From: Piromyces finnis finn
Taxonomy: Eukaryota > Fungi > Neocallimastigomycota
Reading direction: 5' to 3'
Assembly (NCBI GenBank): GCA_002104945.1
Contig: MCFH01000089.1
Location: forward strand, 63,316-127,315
DNA length: 64,000 bases
The notes under the pieces are model-generated. The model saw nothing but the letters and a program-made list of their open reading frames with translations. It had not been told where the DNA came from and did no database searches. The translations under genes and the position numbers were made by a program. Of the stretch, positions 1-11,214 are shown one piece after another; the first letter of the stretch is position 1; the number at the start of each line of letters is the position of its first letter.

Positions 1-263
1 ATATTTTTTTTTTAAAAAAAAAAAGATAAATATCAATTATTAAATTCCATTTAAAATAAAATAAATTGTATATACAAAATGTTTAAATTTAATTACTAAT
101 ATATATAGTGATATAGTATTATTTACATTTATTTAAATAATAATAATGATATTACAAAAATTAAATTTATTTAATTCTATATGAAAATAAATTTTAAAAA
201 AATCATAATAGAAAACAATAAATTAAATAATGTAATAGGTGAATTACAAGTTAATATATATTA

Positions 264-1796
264 TTACTTTTTATCATTTTCAACAATCTCTTCATCTTTT
301 TCGTTAAATGTATTATTATTAAAATTATCATTGTATATTCCAGTAATTAATTTTGAAGATATAGATGTTAATCTATCTTCGACACCATAAAATATATTTT
401 GAATTACGCTATAAGGGTCCTCAAAAGATAATTGAGATATAAAAGAATAATTACCTTTTTTCATTCCAAAACGGGACATTGGCAAAATTGTGTTATCACG
501 ACACATAAAATTAGTTAATAATTCTGTATGTTGATTATTATAAGATGAAGAAGAATCGACATTAACAATTCTTTTTAATTGCATTAAAATATTCTTCTTA
601 CGTAATTCAAAATCAATGTCCATTGAATTACCATATACAATATATCTAGACCTATTCTTGTCAATGTATTTGTTATTAAAAAGAGGATTTAAGTTTAATC
701 CTGTAACTTCTATATATAACTCATTACCCAAAAAGTTCTTTTCAACTTTAACAACACCTTTAGTTCCTGATAATACAACATTATTTAATATTTTAGTAAT
801 ATCATCAATATTCAAATTAATATAGCCACTGTCAAGCATATAATATTTATCATTCTCTTCAAATTTTAGTTTGTGATCATTGAAATAATCAATAAGAAAT
901 TTATTTTCTGTGGAAATTTTTGATAAATTTATATTATTGCTTTTGTTAATAGTTGTATCATTTTTATCATTATCATCATTATCATTTAAATAATATTCAT
1001 TTTCATATTCATCATTATCGTTATTATTATCGTTATCTTCATCTTCATCTTTGTCTTCATTTATTTTTTGTTTATATACACATAACATATCTACATCTAC
1101 TAAATACTTAATTTGATGATCATCCAACCAGTCAAGAAACTTTGAAGAAGGCTGTGAAAATTGAATATAAAGATATGAAAAATTTATAGATGCTTCCCAT
1201 GTATTCAATATATTTTTTGTGTCATTTAAATATTTTTTAAGAGAATCAAAAATAGTTTGTGGATGAAATCTGAAATTAAATATGGTATGGCGGCATAAAT
1301 AAAAGCGAAGGGTGAAACCATCATATACAACATCTAAGACTACATCATTTAAAGTCTTATATTCCATATTGCTCATTACTGTTTTCTTTAATACTCTATC
1401 ATAATCTTTTGATTTGAAGTAGAATTCAGCTATGCTATAATCCATTTTATTATGGGTTATGTTATACAATTCTTTTAATCCATTAGTATTGTCACTACTA
1501 CTAGTTAAATTATGAAAGTAACTTAATGCGGATTGTGTAACTGGCTCACCAATCGATTGAGCTGCTAAAATACCAACATGAATATTTTCTTTTATCATAC
1601 GAAACTCAATTTTATCGACAATGTATTTAATAAATTTATCACGATCAATAATTTCTGATTTATTTTTTTTCTTTAAGAATGTTTTAACTTTTTCATTAAT
1701 TTGATTGATATATGATGTTAAATTTTTATTTTTTTCAAAATTTTTATGTATTTCATTACAAATATAATCGATATCACTATCAGGAAACTTTTCCAT
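264..1796 (-). CDS. rpb1: RNA polymerase largest subunit, C-terminal half (Rpo1C/A''-like), variant A
   Basis: VGILAAQSIGEPVTQSALSYFH trigger-loop motif; C-terminal MSRFG..FISQLSFE..D.LTSISSKLITG. No CTD heptads. Confidence 0.9.
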   Translation of the reverse strand: MEKFPDSDIDYICNEIHKNFEKNKNLTSYINQINEKVKTFLKKKNKSEIIDRDKFIKYIVDKIEFRMIKENIHVGILAAQSIGEPVTQSALSYFHNLTSSSDNTNGLKELYNITHNKMDYSIAEFYFKSKDYDRVLKKTVMSNMEYKTLNDVVLDVVYDGFTLRFYLCRHTIFNFRFHPQTIFDSLKKYLNDTKNILNTWEASINFSYLYIQFSQPSSKFLDWLDDHQIKYLVDVDMLCVYKQKINEDKDEDEDNDNNNDNDEYENEYYLNDNDDNDKNDTTINKSNNINLSKISTENKFLIDYFNDHKLKFEENDKYYMLDSGYINLNIDDITKILNNVVLSGTKGVVKVEKNFLGNELYIEVTGLNLNPLFNNKYIDKNRSRYIVYGNSMDIDFELRKKNILMQLKRIVNVDSSSSYNNQHTELLTNFMCRDNTILPMSRFGMKKGNYSFISQLSFEDPYSVIQNIFYGVEDRLTSISSKLITGIYNDNFNNNTFNEKDEEIVENDKK

Positions 1797-1923
1797 ATTA
1801 AATTTTTTTTCTTTTTTTTTTTTTTTTATAAAATATTTTACAAATATTCACAATATAATTTTCACTATATTATATATTTATACTTTATTTTTAATATATT
1901 AATTATTATTCAAATAAATAAAT

Positions 1924-1933
1924 TATCATTTTA
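1924..1933 (-). promoter_or_regulatory. TAAAATGATA promoter-like motif, 127 nt upstream of RPB1C-A
   Basis: Also present at 55798-55807, 89 nt upstream of RPB1C-B. Confidence 0.7.
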
Positions 1934-2210
1934 TACTAAATTCAATATTTAATTTAATTAATTGGTTACTTTGACTTTTTTTTTTTTAGTTTATTTTACA
2001 TATATATATAATGATGAATTCATTCATTTATTATTAATATTCCCAGTCCCCTTTGACTATTGAATTTAATATATAATTACAATAATTATATATATAATAA
2101 AATATATAAATATATAAATATATAAATGTTTTTATTTAATAAAAAATATATAGATTTTAAAAATAAAAATAAAATATAATTTATTTAAATACAATTTATT
2201 TTATATTAAA

Positions 2211-4403
2211 TTAAAAAACTATAAAATTAGAATCGTTTTTAGTAGAAAAATAGACTGTTCCATCTAAATTTCTTTTTATTAATAAATAGGGTTTGTTAAT
2301 ACTATCCGAATTTAATACTTCCAATGATGCTTTACATGGATAATAAATTTCATTTTCCCATACACCGTAGACAATGAATTTTTCATTATTTTCATCCGGT
2401 ACACTATAATGAAAAGCAGTTATGTTTTTAATTATTTTACATAGAAAAGAAAATGATGGTAGGGTATTGTGAAATTCTTCGGCATTCTTTATTATTGGTA
2501 TTTTGGGTATTACTTCTGAATAAATAGATCGCCATAAATAAAAATTCTCCTTTGGAAATTCTTTTTCTGCTATTAAAATAGTAGTAGTAGTAGTAGTATT
2601 TAAAACGTATTGCTTAAGGCATTTATTTAATTTGGTATTATCCATAATTAAAATAGAATTCTTTTTATACATAGAAAGTATAGCCTGTACAAGATCATCC
2701 TTAAAATTAAACCAATTGTCTTTTGGGCCTACCACAAACTCATATCGATAATTAGGAAATGTATATAATTTAGAAGTGTTTAATATAACTATTAAAAAGG
2801 GAATGGAAGGATCGAAACTGTAAACATGGTTAAAAACACAATATGGATATACATTCATTTCATTATCAATAGAAAACGAAAGTATATTAATATCATTGAA
2901 AGGGTAATTTTTATTTAATACTTTTAATTGGTTACGATGAAGCAAATCTTTTATAGTATTTACCAAATCTTTTTGACTAGGAATGCTAATGTATGTATTA
3001 CATTTAAAGCAAGTTACAAATCTACTAGATATTTCTGGGATATCGAAATAAATTCGGTATAAATCTAGTAACTCAAAGCCATAGGATATAAATAAATTCG
3101 AGGGAAATTGGCCTTTACAATATTCATTTAATTCATGTGTTATATTAAAATAGACAACTTCCCTTTTCTCCTTATACTTTCTTATAACTTTAACGCATTT
3201 AGGAATACCGTTATTATCTGTATATTTTTTATTTGTTGAAAGAATAATTGTATATCCGGAATTTTCCGGAGATCTATAGTAATTATTTTTCCATTGAACG
3301 TACGGTATATTATTTTCGATGCAATAATCCTTATCAGCAATTACTGGCAATACTTTATCTTTATTATTAAAATATCTAGTATAGTATTTTCCAAATAATC
3401 TATTATAATTTATTTTTATTGGAACGCTAAAGAGCTCCTTTTTTTGATAATAGCCTATATGAAAGTCAATATAAAATAAATATAGATATTTCAACACCTT
3501 TTTAACGGACAAGTACACATACCATTCCAAATCTTGAAATTGGATAGTTTCTGTAAATTGTTTGTATTTGTTGTAAAGAAACATACTTAATGATTTATTA
3601 AAAATATTCATTGTATATACTAGTTTTTCTTGGTGTTTTATTAAATTGTCACTTTCATTACTGTATACATAAGGATACAAATCATTTTCATAAAGCATTA
3701 GATCAAACAATTGAAAGTTTATAGATATTGGGTAGGTAAAAGAAGCGGTACATGGGGTAAATCTAATTAGTACTTTTTCATTTTTATAATTAAAACATGG
3801 CAATATTTTACAAATAATATTATCATACGAATCTCTTTCGGAAAACGTAATTTTGTTATTGGTAATTCTTATACAGTCATGACAACATCTTATAATTATA
3901 TAATTATCCGAAATTTCAATATCGTTAACTCTATCCACTTTAATTAAATTTTGGTTATAATTATATGATCCGGCGTAGCAGTTATTAAAGTAATGATAAT
4001 AATGTAATCCTTCAATAAAACCAGTGGCATATTGACAAGTATTTGGTAAATTTAATTTTATTAATTCATTATATGCTACTTTAAAAGTATGGATTGAAAT
4101 GTTAACCGGAATATAAAAATTTGTTTTTGTAGTGTCCTTTAAATCGAAATTATATTTGAATACTTTTTCCTTTGATTTACTTTCCAATATGTTAAAAAGA
4201 GTGAAAATGGATGAATAATTTGCATCAACTTTTATATTATCTTTACATTTAACAATATATTGATCTTTGGAAAGTTTATTGCAATCAATTATATTAATTC
4301 CTTCAAAAAATGAAAAGATTTCATTATTTATTATTATTTCATAATCGTTAGAAATGGATTTATTGCTACTTATTAGACTACTAATTAATTGAACTATATC
4401 CAT
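2211..4403 (-). CDS. 730-aa protein, probable early transcription factor large subunit (VETF-L/A7-like), variant A
   Basis: Conserved with 56201-58393. YYRSPENSGYTIILSTNKKYTDNNGIPKC resembles the NCLDV VETF-L Cys-containing segment. Context supports it (D6-like helicase nearby). Family call is weak. Confidence 0.45.
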   Translation of the reverse strand: MDIVQLISSLISSNKSISNDYEIIINNEIFSFFEGINIIDCNKLSKDQYIVKCKDNIKVDANYSSIFTLFNILESKSKEKVFKYNFDLKDTTKTNFYIPVNISIHTFKVAYNELIKLNLPNTCQYATGFIEGLHYYHYFNNCYAGSYNYNQNLIKVDRVNDIEISDNYIIIRCCHDCIRITNNKITFSERDSYDNIICKILPCFNYKNEKVLIRFTPCTASFTYPISINFQLFDLMLYENDLYPYVYSNESDNLIKHQEKLVYTMNIFNKSLSMFLYNKYKQFTETIQFQDLEWYVYLSVKKVLKYLYLFYIDFHIGYYQKKELFSVPIKINYNRLFGKYYTRYFNNKDKVLPVIADKDYCIENNIPYVQWKNNYYRSPENSGYTIILSTNKKYTDNNGIPKCVKVIRKYKEKREVVYFNITHELNEYCKGQFPSNLFISYGFELLDLYRIYFDIPEISSRFVTCFKCNTYISIPSQKDLVNTIKDLLHRNQLKVLNKNYPFNDINILSFSIDNEMNVYPYCVFNHVYSFDPSIPFLIVILNTSKLYTFPNYRYEFVVGPKDNWFNFKDDLVQAILSMYKKNSILIMDNTKLNKCLKQYVLNTTTTTTILIAEKEFPKENFYLWRSIYSEVIPKIPIIKNAEEFHNTLPSFSFLCKIIKNITAFHYSVPDENNEKFIVYGVWENEIYYPCKASLEVLNSDSINKPYLLIKRNLDGTVYFSTKNDSNFIVF

Positions 4404-4524
4404 TTTTTAATCTTTAAAAGAATAAATATTTTATTTTACTTTATAGTAAAATAATAACAATTACAAAAGGAGTAATTTAATCTTTATCTAAAATTTTGGA
4501 ATAATTAATATAAAGTTATATAAA

Positions 4525-4612
4525 TATCATTTTATATTAATACTTTCAGTATTTAATATTATTATATTTATAAATATAATTTTATTCAATTTTTTTTTTT
4601 TTTAAAATGATA
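4525..4612. promoter_or_regulatory. Divergent pair of TAAAATGATA motifs (4525-4534 minus, for the 730-aa gene; 4603-4612 plus, for the TFIIS-like gene)
   Basis: The pair is conserved in variant B at 58493-58502 and 58576-58585, in an otherwise diverged spacer. Confidence 0.75.
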
Positions 4613-4911
4613 ATAAATATTTAAATATTTTTTAAATTAAAAATTAAAAAAATATCCTTTAAATTATATATTATATATTTATTATTATTTATATTAAACT
4701 AATTTTATATTTAAAAAAAAGAAAAGAAATACATAATAAGTTTTAGTATCTTTTATTTCATTATAATATTATTCTTAATAATCATTATTTTATTTATATC
4801 TATACCTATATATTCTATATAAATAAAAACATAAATAATTTAACAAGTTATATTTAAGCATATTATATTTTATAATTTATATTTAAATTAATTTATTTTT
4901 ATTTTATACTA

Positions 4912-5160
4912 ATGGCTGATTTATCAATTAATTCATTAGATAAATTCTTTGAAGAATCTTCCTTGTTTAAAGAAGATAGAATTAAGGAACAACAAGAACT
5001 AGAGTTATTGGAAAGTACAATGAATAATATATCAGATATTCAGTTATATTGTAAAAGATGTCTAAATAATAACATTGATATTAGACGTATACAAATTCGT
5101 CGCAGTGACGAAGAAGCTACATTAGTATATTATTGTTTAAATTGTAAAAAGATTATTTAA
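4912..5160 (+). CDS. TFIIS/Rpb9-like Zn-ribbon transcript-cleavage factor, variant A
   Basis: CKRC...QIRRSDEEAT..YYCLNC, i.e. CxxC/acidic hairpin/CxxC (canonical QTRSADEP). Confidence 0.85.
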   Translation: MADLSINSLDKFFEESSLFKEDRIKEQQELELLESTMNNISDIQLYCKRCLNNNIDIRRIQIRRSDEEATLVYYCLNCKKII

Positions 5161-5342
5161 AATATATATATATATATATCATATATCATTAAATAAAATT
5201 TATAACTTATTAAAAATATCTATAAATGAATTGCGTGAATTAAAAAATAAAAAAAAAAATAATAAGATCATTAACTTTAAAATATGATACATTATAACAT
5301 ATTTCATATTTCATTACATAAATTATTTATTTATAATAGATT

Positions 5343-5344
<2 letters not shown>

Positions 5345-5410
<66 letters not shown>
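5345..5410. repeat. (TAA)n microsatellite, about 22 units
   Basis: Directly visible; absent from the equivalent spacer 59133-59619. Confidence 0.95.
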
Positions 5411-5411
<1 letters not shown>

Positions 5412-5613
5412 TTATATATTATAAATTAGCATATTTTTTCTTAATATTTTATTAAAGAAATATTTAATTGTAAATACTTTTAATTACTCAATTAACTATT
5501 CAATTAATTAATTAATCAATCAATCAATCAATCAATTAATTATAAATTAGTAATATGTTAATTGTAATGCATAATGTTTTTAAAATTCAATTCTAAAATT
5601 GATATAAAATATA

Positions 5614-5623
5614 TAAAATGATA
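5614..5623 (+). promoter_or_regulatory. TAAAATGATA motif, 136 nt upstream of the 279-aa gene
   Basis: Conserved at 59493-59502 in variant B. Confidence 0.7.
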
Positions 5624-5759
5624 AAATAAAAGTATCTTTTAATATTGTATTATAAATTCTTTTCATTATTTCTTAAATTGATTAAATTTTTGTCTAGATT
5701 TATATAAGTGAATATAATATAATATAATATAATATTATATATTAGTTATATATATTAGT

Positions 5760-6599
5760 ATGAATAACTCAGAATCTTCGGAACAACTTACGAAATTGGT
5801 TAAATCGAATAATGAATCAAATAATCCTCGTTTGGATTATTACAAAAGGGTTTTAGCGTCATGTTATTCAGATATTGTATTCCAGACAATGGTCAATACT
5901 ATAAACTTTAAAGAAGTTGTCCCCTTACCTAAAAATAATAATATGTACAGATTTGTTGTTAAATGCTATAATAACTGTAGTAATGTGGTTGTCGGTGCTG
6001 TAAATGATACATCAGATTTATCATTATCGGATTTACCTTCTTTATCCATTCCAATGTCACATTACCACCTTAATAAAAATAATTATATTCAAGACAATTT
6101 CTTTCATAGAATATCAAACAATGAAACTCCTTCAACCAATAAATTTATTGAACATGTTCGATTAGTCGATGAACGAATAAAGTATTTAATTTCAAATTAT
6201 ATAAAGAATATCGATACGACTTCACCCATTTCAAATTTACTTACTAAAAACAAGGTAACTCATAATCGAAATTGGATATACACCGGAATAATTAATAAAA
6301 GTAAAGATACTGAATATATTAATTTCCGTTATTTTAAAGATCCAATTAAAGAAAAGTTCAAAATAGGAACTAATGTGTATTGCGGTGATGTTTACTCAAA
6401 GGAAGTTGCTGATCTTCTTTCCAAAGATACTTTTTGTTATATTCATGGTAATATCTATCCTATTATTAAAGTTTGTTATGTGTTAGTTAATGAAAGAATT
6501 ATTAATAGAATACCAATGGTAAATTTTACTTGCAAAGCTTATTTTGTTGATATCAATGTCTCTTCTGATTCTCTTCGTCTTAGTACCGAGAGATTATAA
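5760..6599 (+). CDS. 279-aa conserved hypothetical protein, possible ssDNA-binding protein (variant A with a variant-B 3' tip)
   Basis: Clear homolog at 59620-60468. The beta-rich C-terminus (IYPIIKVCYVLV...VNFTCKAYFVDI) loosely recalls NCLDV OB-fold SSBs. The function call is weak. Confidence 0.75.
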   Translation: MNNSESSEQLTKLVKSNNESNNPRLDYYKRVLASCYSDIVFQTMVNTINFKEVVPLPKNNNMYRFVVKCYNNCSNVVVGAVNDTSDLSLSDLPSLSIPMSHYHLNKNNYIQDNFFHRISNNETPSTNKFIEHVRLVDERIKYLISNYIKNIDTTSPISNLLTKNKVTHNRNWIYTGIINKSKDTEYINFRYFKDPIKEKFKIGTNVYCGDVYSKEVADLLSKDTFCYIHGNIYPIIKVCYVLVNERIINRIPMVNFTCKAYFVDINVSSDSLRLSTERL

Positions 6600-9500
6600 G
6601 TATTTAAGATTATCAATGAATATTATGATATTATGAATTAATATTTTATTTGTATAAATAATATTTATTTATATATGCAATTAATAATAATTGATAAATA
6701 TTTAATTATTAATATTTAAAATCAATTAGTTATTCAAAATTAGTTATATATTACGATTTTTTATTTTTAAAATTATATATATAAGATTTATTATATTTGT
6801 AATTGTATAATTATATAGCTATTATATCACTGTATAATTATTTTAAAATCTTTGTTATTAATATATATATATATATATATTTTAAAAAAAATAAATATTT
6901 AAATTTAAATAAAAAAAAATACATAATAAAAAAATAATTAAATTTTAAAAATATAAAAGTAATAACAAATAATAGGATTAATAAGAATTTATATAAATAT
7001 AAATTTATATATAAAGAGTATGGAAAATAAGATATATAATATAAGATTTATATTTTTTTTTTAAAAAATATAAAATTACAAATACAATGTTATTATAATA
7101 ATATAATATAATATTTTCTTTTTATAATTAAGAATTAAAAATTTAAATTTTTTATTTTATTATTATTTATTTATTTATTTATTTTGATAATTAAAAAGGA
7201 AAAAAAAATAACTATCATATATATAAGAAAGAAAAAGAAAAGAGAAAAAAAGAATTAAAATTATAAAATAGCAATTAAGTCATATTTAAATAAATATTCT
7301 TTCCAAACATCAATTATATTATATCTTGTTGTTTTAATTAAATTTGGTATTGAAGAAATTAAAGTATATAATAAAAATGCTTGTTTCGGCCTCTTACAAC
7401 AATATTCATTAATGTTATCGTTAGTTACGGTATTTACTATGTATTCTATTAAATCATTGTTTTCATTTGTATTATTTTCGAATAAATCTGTAATTTCCGA
7501 AAAAGAAATTTTTTTATAATTTTTTAACAAAGGTAATTCACATTCTATATTATCAAAACATACAGAGTATATTAACACTTCTATTAATTCTTTTTTATCA
7601 TAAAAATTATTTATATTTCTACCACGATTTATATTTCGAAGATTATTCGAATCTTTATTGTTTTTTGAGTAAAGATTTAAATTATTGCACAAGTCGCAAT
7701 AACGAAGAGTAAAGTCATTACATAATACATAAACATATTTCAGACGATTATTAATCCGTTTACTTGTTTCTTCATCATAATGTTTTTTAAATACAGAAGA
7801 TAAGCTTTTCAATTTTTTATCCTTTAATAAAGTCCAATTTTTAAATTTACTATCACTATAAATAATCATTTTGGTAAAATCATTAACAGAACGTTTTTTG
7901 TTACTGGCATAAGAAGTGTTTTTAATACTAGAAAAATAGGAGATATAGAACAATCCTTCGTATTCTAGCCAATAAGGACTGAATAGATATTTAATATTTT
8001 TTAAGTTTAATTTAAAACCATACTTTAAAATTTCGAGAATTTCTGTATATAAGAGTTTAGAAATGATGTTATAAAACTCATTCATTAAATTAGTTTCTAA
8101 AAGATTTTCCATATTTTTTATGTAATTTACAATTTTTTCATCTCCGATTTTTAATAAAGGATAATGATTTTGGGTAGCATTTTGAGAATTATATTCAATA
8201 TTTTTATTTTTATAATCTTTTAATGAATCATTTGGCATATAGAAGTTAGAAAATACGTCAATAGACATGTTGATTTCAATTATATTTGTAGTATTTTTCT
8301 TATCATTACTACAACAATGAATATTTGATGCTGTATCAAGATAAAATAGCCCGCATGAGTATTCTAAGATTTTTTCATTGATAATAACATTTTTAGTTCT
8401 AATAATATCAATAATTTTGTTTAGCATAAATTTATTTACCGTGGATACTTTTTTTCTGAAATCTTTAAGGCTTATATAATCACATGAATTGAATACATTT
8501 TTAAATTCATTACATACTATTGAAAGGTACTTTGATAAATTTTCATCTAGATAATTTTTAGAATATTGAAAACTGTCTATGGTGTCAGTATTTGTATCAT
8601 CGGAATTATTTTTCGATTTATTTTTACAAATTAATGCTTCAATAGAAGCATTTTGTAAAGCTTCATTATACCTTAGTGCTTGATTATACTTTTTTTCACT
8701 GATTATATATTTGACATAATCAATACTGTAATTTATTGAATTTTCATATTCGAATTCATAATCCTTGTTATAGGCCATGTACAGATAAATATTAACGTTT
8801 CTTTGATCTGGTGGTAGAGCATCATGAGATCCTACTCTACGAATTCGACCAATAATTTGATTGATTTTTTCATAGTTCCAGTGTGGTGTTAATATATGCA
8901 ATTGGCGAACATTCATGATATCTACACTTTCTGATAAAATATCGCTTCCAAGAAGGACCTTAATAGATGCACCATTTCTATTATTTATATCATTAAATAT
9001 ACTTAAGCGCTCCATAACATTTGGACATAGCCTTTTATCCCCGGTAACAAAGGTAAAATTCCATTTTGTTCTGTTTCTTTTCATTCGCATTTCTTTTAAT
9101 CCAGGATAATTGGTATTTTCGCTCAAAGATAACTTTTGCCCGTATTTTAATGCTGTTTTTTTATCATAAATATATTTATAGCCCATTGCACAGAGCAAAG
9201 CTGAAAAATAATAAATCCCTACCTCATCAATAATATTACAGTAAATAAAAACAGGACCATCAGGGCTATTTTCACTATTAATAATTTTAAGGCATTCATG
9301 CAATTTACAACAGTAATCTTCCATTTTACTTGATTGCTTTTTTATAATATTTTGAATAGTTGCATTATTATTAACAATATCTCCATTTTTTAAACTATAT
9401 CTATCCATAGAAATTTTATTATTATTGTTATTATTGTTATTATTGTTATTAATGTTATTAATGTTATTATTACTATTTTCATTGTTATTATTGTTATTAA

Positions 9501-10131
9501 TGTTATTAATGTTATTATTACTATTTTCATTGTTATTATTATCATTGGTATTGTCTTTTTTATTATCATCATTTTTATCATCTTCATCATCATTAGTATC
9601 ATTTTCTTGTAAACCAATCACACCAAGAGTTGCCTTCACATGACTAATTCCAATATTACATATACATTCCGATTCCTCAACTAAATTTTTGTAGTTTTCA
9701 AGCTGTAATCCATTCATGGAAACTTTTAATATTTTAAAACGGTTAATTCCTGGAATGTTGGATCCGATGAAGTTTACTGATGTATCAGGTGGATTTAATC
9801 CATAATATGATACATGACCTTTCATAATCGCTTCCAATTTTTCTGGTGTTATTTTAATGTTGAAATCAAAGTCTGGCTTTATTAATTTCACTAGACTTGT
9901 TATTTCATTATAGTTATCGAAAATTGGAGTGGCAGACATAAATAAAACTCTTGAATTTTTTATATTATTTAAAAATTTGAGTAATTTATTGTATATAATT
10001 TTATTACCGATGGTATTTCGAAAATGGTGTATTTCGTCAATTATTAAAAGTCTATTTTCATATATAGAAATATCTTTTATATTTTCAACAGATTTACAAA
10101 AAGTAATGTAGGTGTGAAATTCTATGTATCT
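6559..10131 (+). repeat. Direct repeat copy 1 (3,573 bp), apparently identical to 60428-64000
   Basis: Last mismatches seen at 6554/60423 and 6558/60427. After that the offset is constant, and the translations and the (TA)n and Asn tracts I compared are identical. Confidence 0.93.
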
Positions 10132-10500
10132 TTTTATAAATTGATGATAATTAGTGATACCTGTTGGAGGTGTACGATAATTATAGGTATAGGTATACCA
10201 TAAATTTATTCTTTGCTTAAATTCCATAATTGCTTCTTTACTTTTTACCAATATAATGCTTGGTTTTTCATAGACATCTATGAAGTTCAATAAAATCCAT
10301 AATGCTGTAAACGATTTCCCTGTACCTGGTGAATGATAAATTAGAAATCTTTTAACAACGTCATTATTATTAGTCATATATCTGATGGGTAGAATTTGAT
10401 ATCGCTTCATATGCATATTTTCCTCAACTAATTTTTGCTGAGTATATATTTCTTGAAATTCTCTGTATTTATAAAGTTCCTGAATATTCGGATATGTCAT
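7261..10500 (-). CDS. SF2 helicase/ATPase of the poxvirus D6 (VETF small subunit)/D11 (NPH-I) family
   Basis: YHSPGTGKS (I), IIDEIHH (II), MSATP (III), PHWN..INQIIGRIRRVGSH (VI); Asn-rich insertion. Confidence 0.88.
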   Translation of the reverse strand: MTYPNIQELYKYREFQEIYTQQKLVEENMHMKRYQILPIRYMTNNNDVVKRFLIYHSPGTGKSFTALWILLNFIDVYEKPSIILVKSKEAIMEFKQRINLWYTYTYNYRTPPTGITNYHQFIKRYIEFHTYITFCKSVENIKDISIYENRLLIIDEIHHFRNTIGNKIIYNKLLKFLNNIKNSRVLFMSATPIFDNYNEITSLVKLIKPDFDFNIKITPEKLEAIMKGHVSYYGLNPPDTSVNFIGSNIPGINRFKILKVSMNGLQLENYKNLVEESECICNIGISHVKATLGVIGLQENDTNDDEDDKNDDNKKDNTNDNNNNENSNNNINNINNNNNNENSNNNINNINNNNNNNNNNNKISMDRYSLKNGDIVNNNATIQNIIKKQSSKMEDYCCKLHECLKIINSENSPDGPVFIYCNIIDEVGIYYFSALLCAMGYKYIYDKKTALKYGQKLSLSENTNYPGLKEMRMKRNRTKWNFTFVTGDKRLCPNVMERLSIFNDINNRNGASIKVLLGSDILSESVDIMNVRQLHILTPHWNYEKINQIIGRIRRVGSHDALPPDQRNVNIYLYMAYNKDYEFEYENSINYSIDYVKYIISEKKYNQALRYNEALQNASIEALICKNKSKNNSDDTNTDTIDSFQYSKNYLDENLSKYLSIVCNEFKNVFNSCDYISLKDFRKKVSTVNKFMLNKIIDIIRTKNVIINEKILEYSCGLFYLDTASNIHCCSNDKKNTTNIIEINMSIDVFSNFYMPNDSLKDYKNKNIEYNSQNATQNHYPLLKIGDEKIVNYIKNMENLLETNLMNEFYNIISKLLYTEILEILKYGFKLNLKNIKYLFSPYWLEYEGLFYISYFSSIKNTSYASNKKRSVNDFTKMIIYSDSKFKNWTLLKDKKLKSLSSVFKKHYDEETSKRINNRLKYVYVLCNDFTLRYCDLCNNLNLYSKNNKDSNNLRNINRGRNINNFYDKKELIEVLIYSVCFDNIECELPLLKNYKKISFSEITDLFENNTNENNDLIEYIVNTVTNDNINEYCCKRPKQAFLLYTLISSIPNLIKTTRYNIIDVWKEYLFKYDLIAIL

Positions 10501-10661
10501 ATTTATTTTTTTTAAGAAATACTGAAAAATAAAACAAAATTAGAATTTTTGTTTAAATAATAATACTTTATTGCATATTATATTTATCATATAACATGGA
10601 TAAACTTGTAAATGTCCAATATAGTTTATGAAGGATAAAATAATTTATATACATTTTAATA

Positions 10662-10671
10662 AATCATTTTA
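10662..10671 (-). promoter_or_regulatory. TAAAATGATT motif, 161 nt upstream of the SF2 helicase
   Basis: Exact motif in sense orientation. Confidence 0.6.
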
Positions 10672-11080
10672 AAAAATATTGGTTATTATATTAAAATAAT
10701 GTTTCAGTAATGATTAATGTAAATAAAAACAGTTTAATATATATTAATTTAATACAATATTTTAAACCTTTTAAGTGAATTTATATATATTAATATTGAT
10801 TACAATAAAGGTTTAATATTAAATATACACTATATTATATATATATGTATAATATAGTATATTATATTTATTTTAAATAAATTATATATATATATATATA
10901 TGAAAGAAAAAAAAAATGTATAACTATTTAAATATATAAACAAAGTTAATTTAAATTTATAATTTATATATAATTATAAATTTATTTTCACCATATTTGA
11001 AAAATAAAAAAGATAATACGTGTTGTACAAATTAAAGTTTTAATTTTTTTTTTCATTCTCCAATGATATTTAATTCATCT

Positions 11081-11090
11081 TAAAATGATA
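11081..11090 (+). promoter_or_regulatory. TAAAATGATA motif, 124 nt upstream of the Zn-finger gene
   Basis: Exact motif in sense orientation. Confidence 0.6.
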
Positions 11091-11214
11091 TTTATTAATC
11101 TATAGTAATATAAAAATAACTAAATAATTTGACTATTATTATTTTCCTCTTCTCTCTTCTCTTATCTTTTTCTACTATTTGAATATAGAAATATATCTAG
11201 TTATTAATATTAAA

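Larger units (their letters stand above)
1..6558. mobile_element. Fragment of a diverged sister variant (variant A) of the same element
   Basis: Same four genes in the same order and orientation as 54101-60468. The TFIIS-like proteins are 71/82 identical. Spacers are largely unalignable. Confidence 0.85.

Noticed and set aside
4586-5602. Exact Mimivirus promoter AAAATTGA (4586 minus, 5595 plus)
   Set aside because: Only sporadic hits, not conserved in variant B, and about chance frequency at this AT content; superseded by TAAAATGATW.
11105-11188. Possible 5'-UTR intron (GT...pyrimidine tract...AG)
   Set aside because: The signals are too degenerate in AT-rich DNA to support without RNA data.
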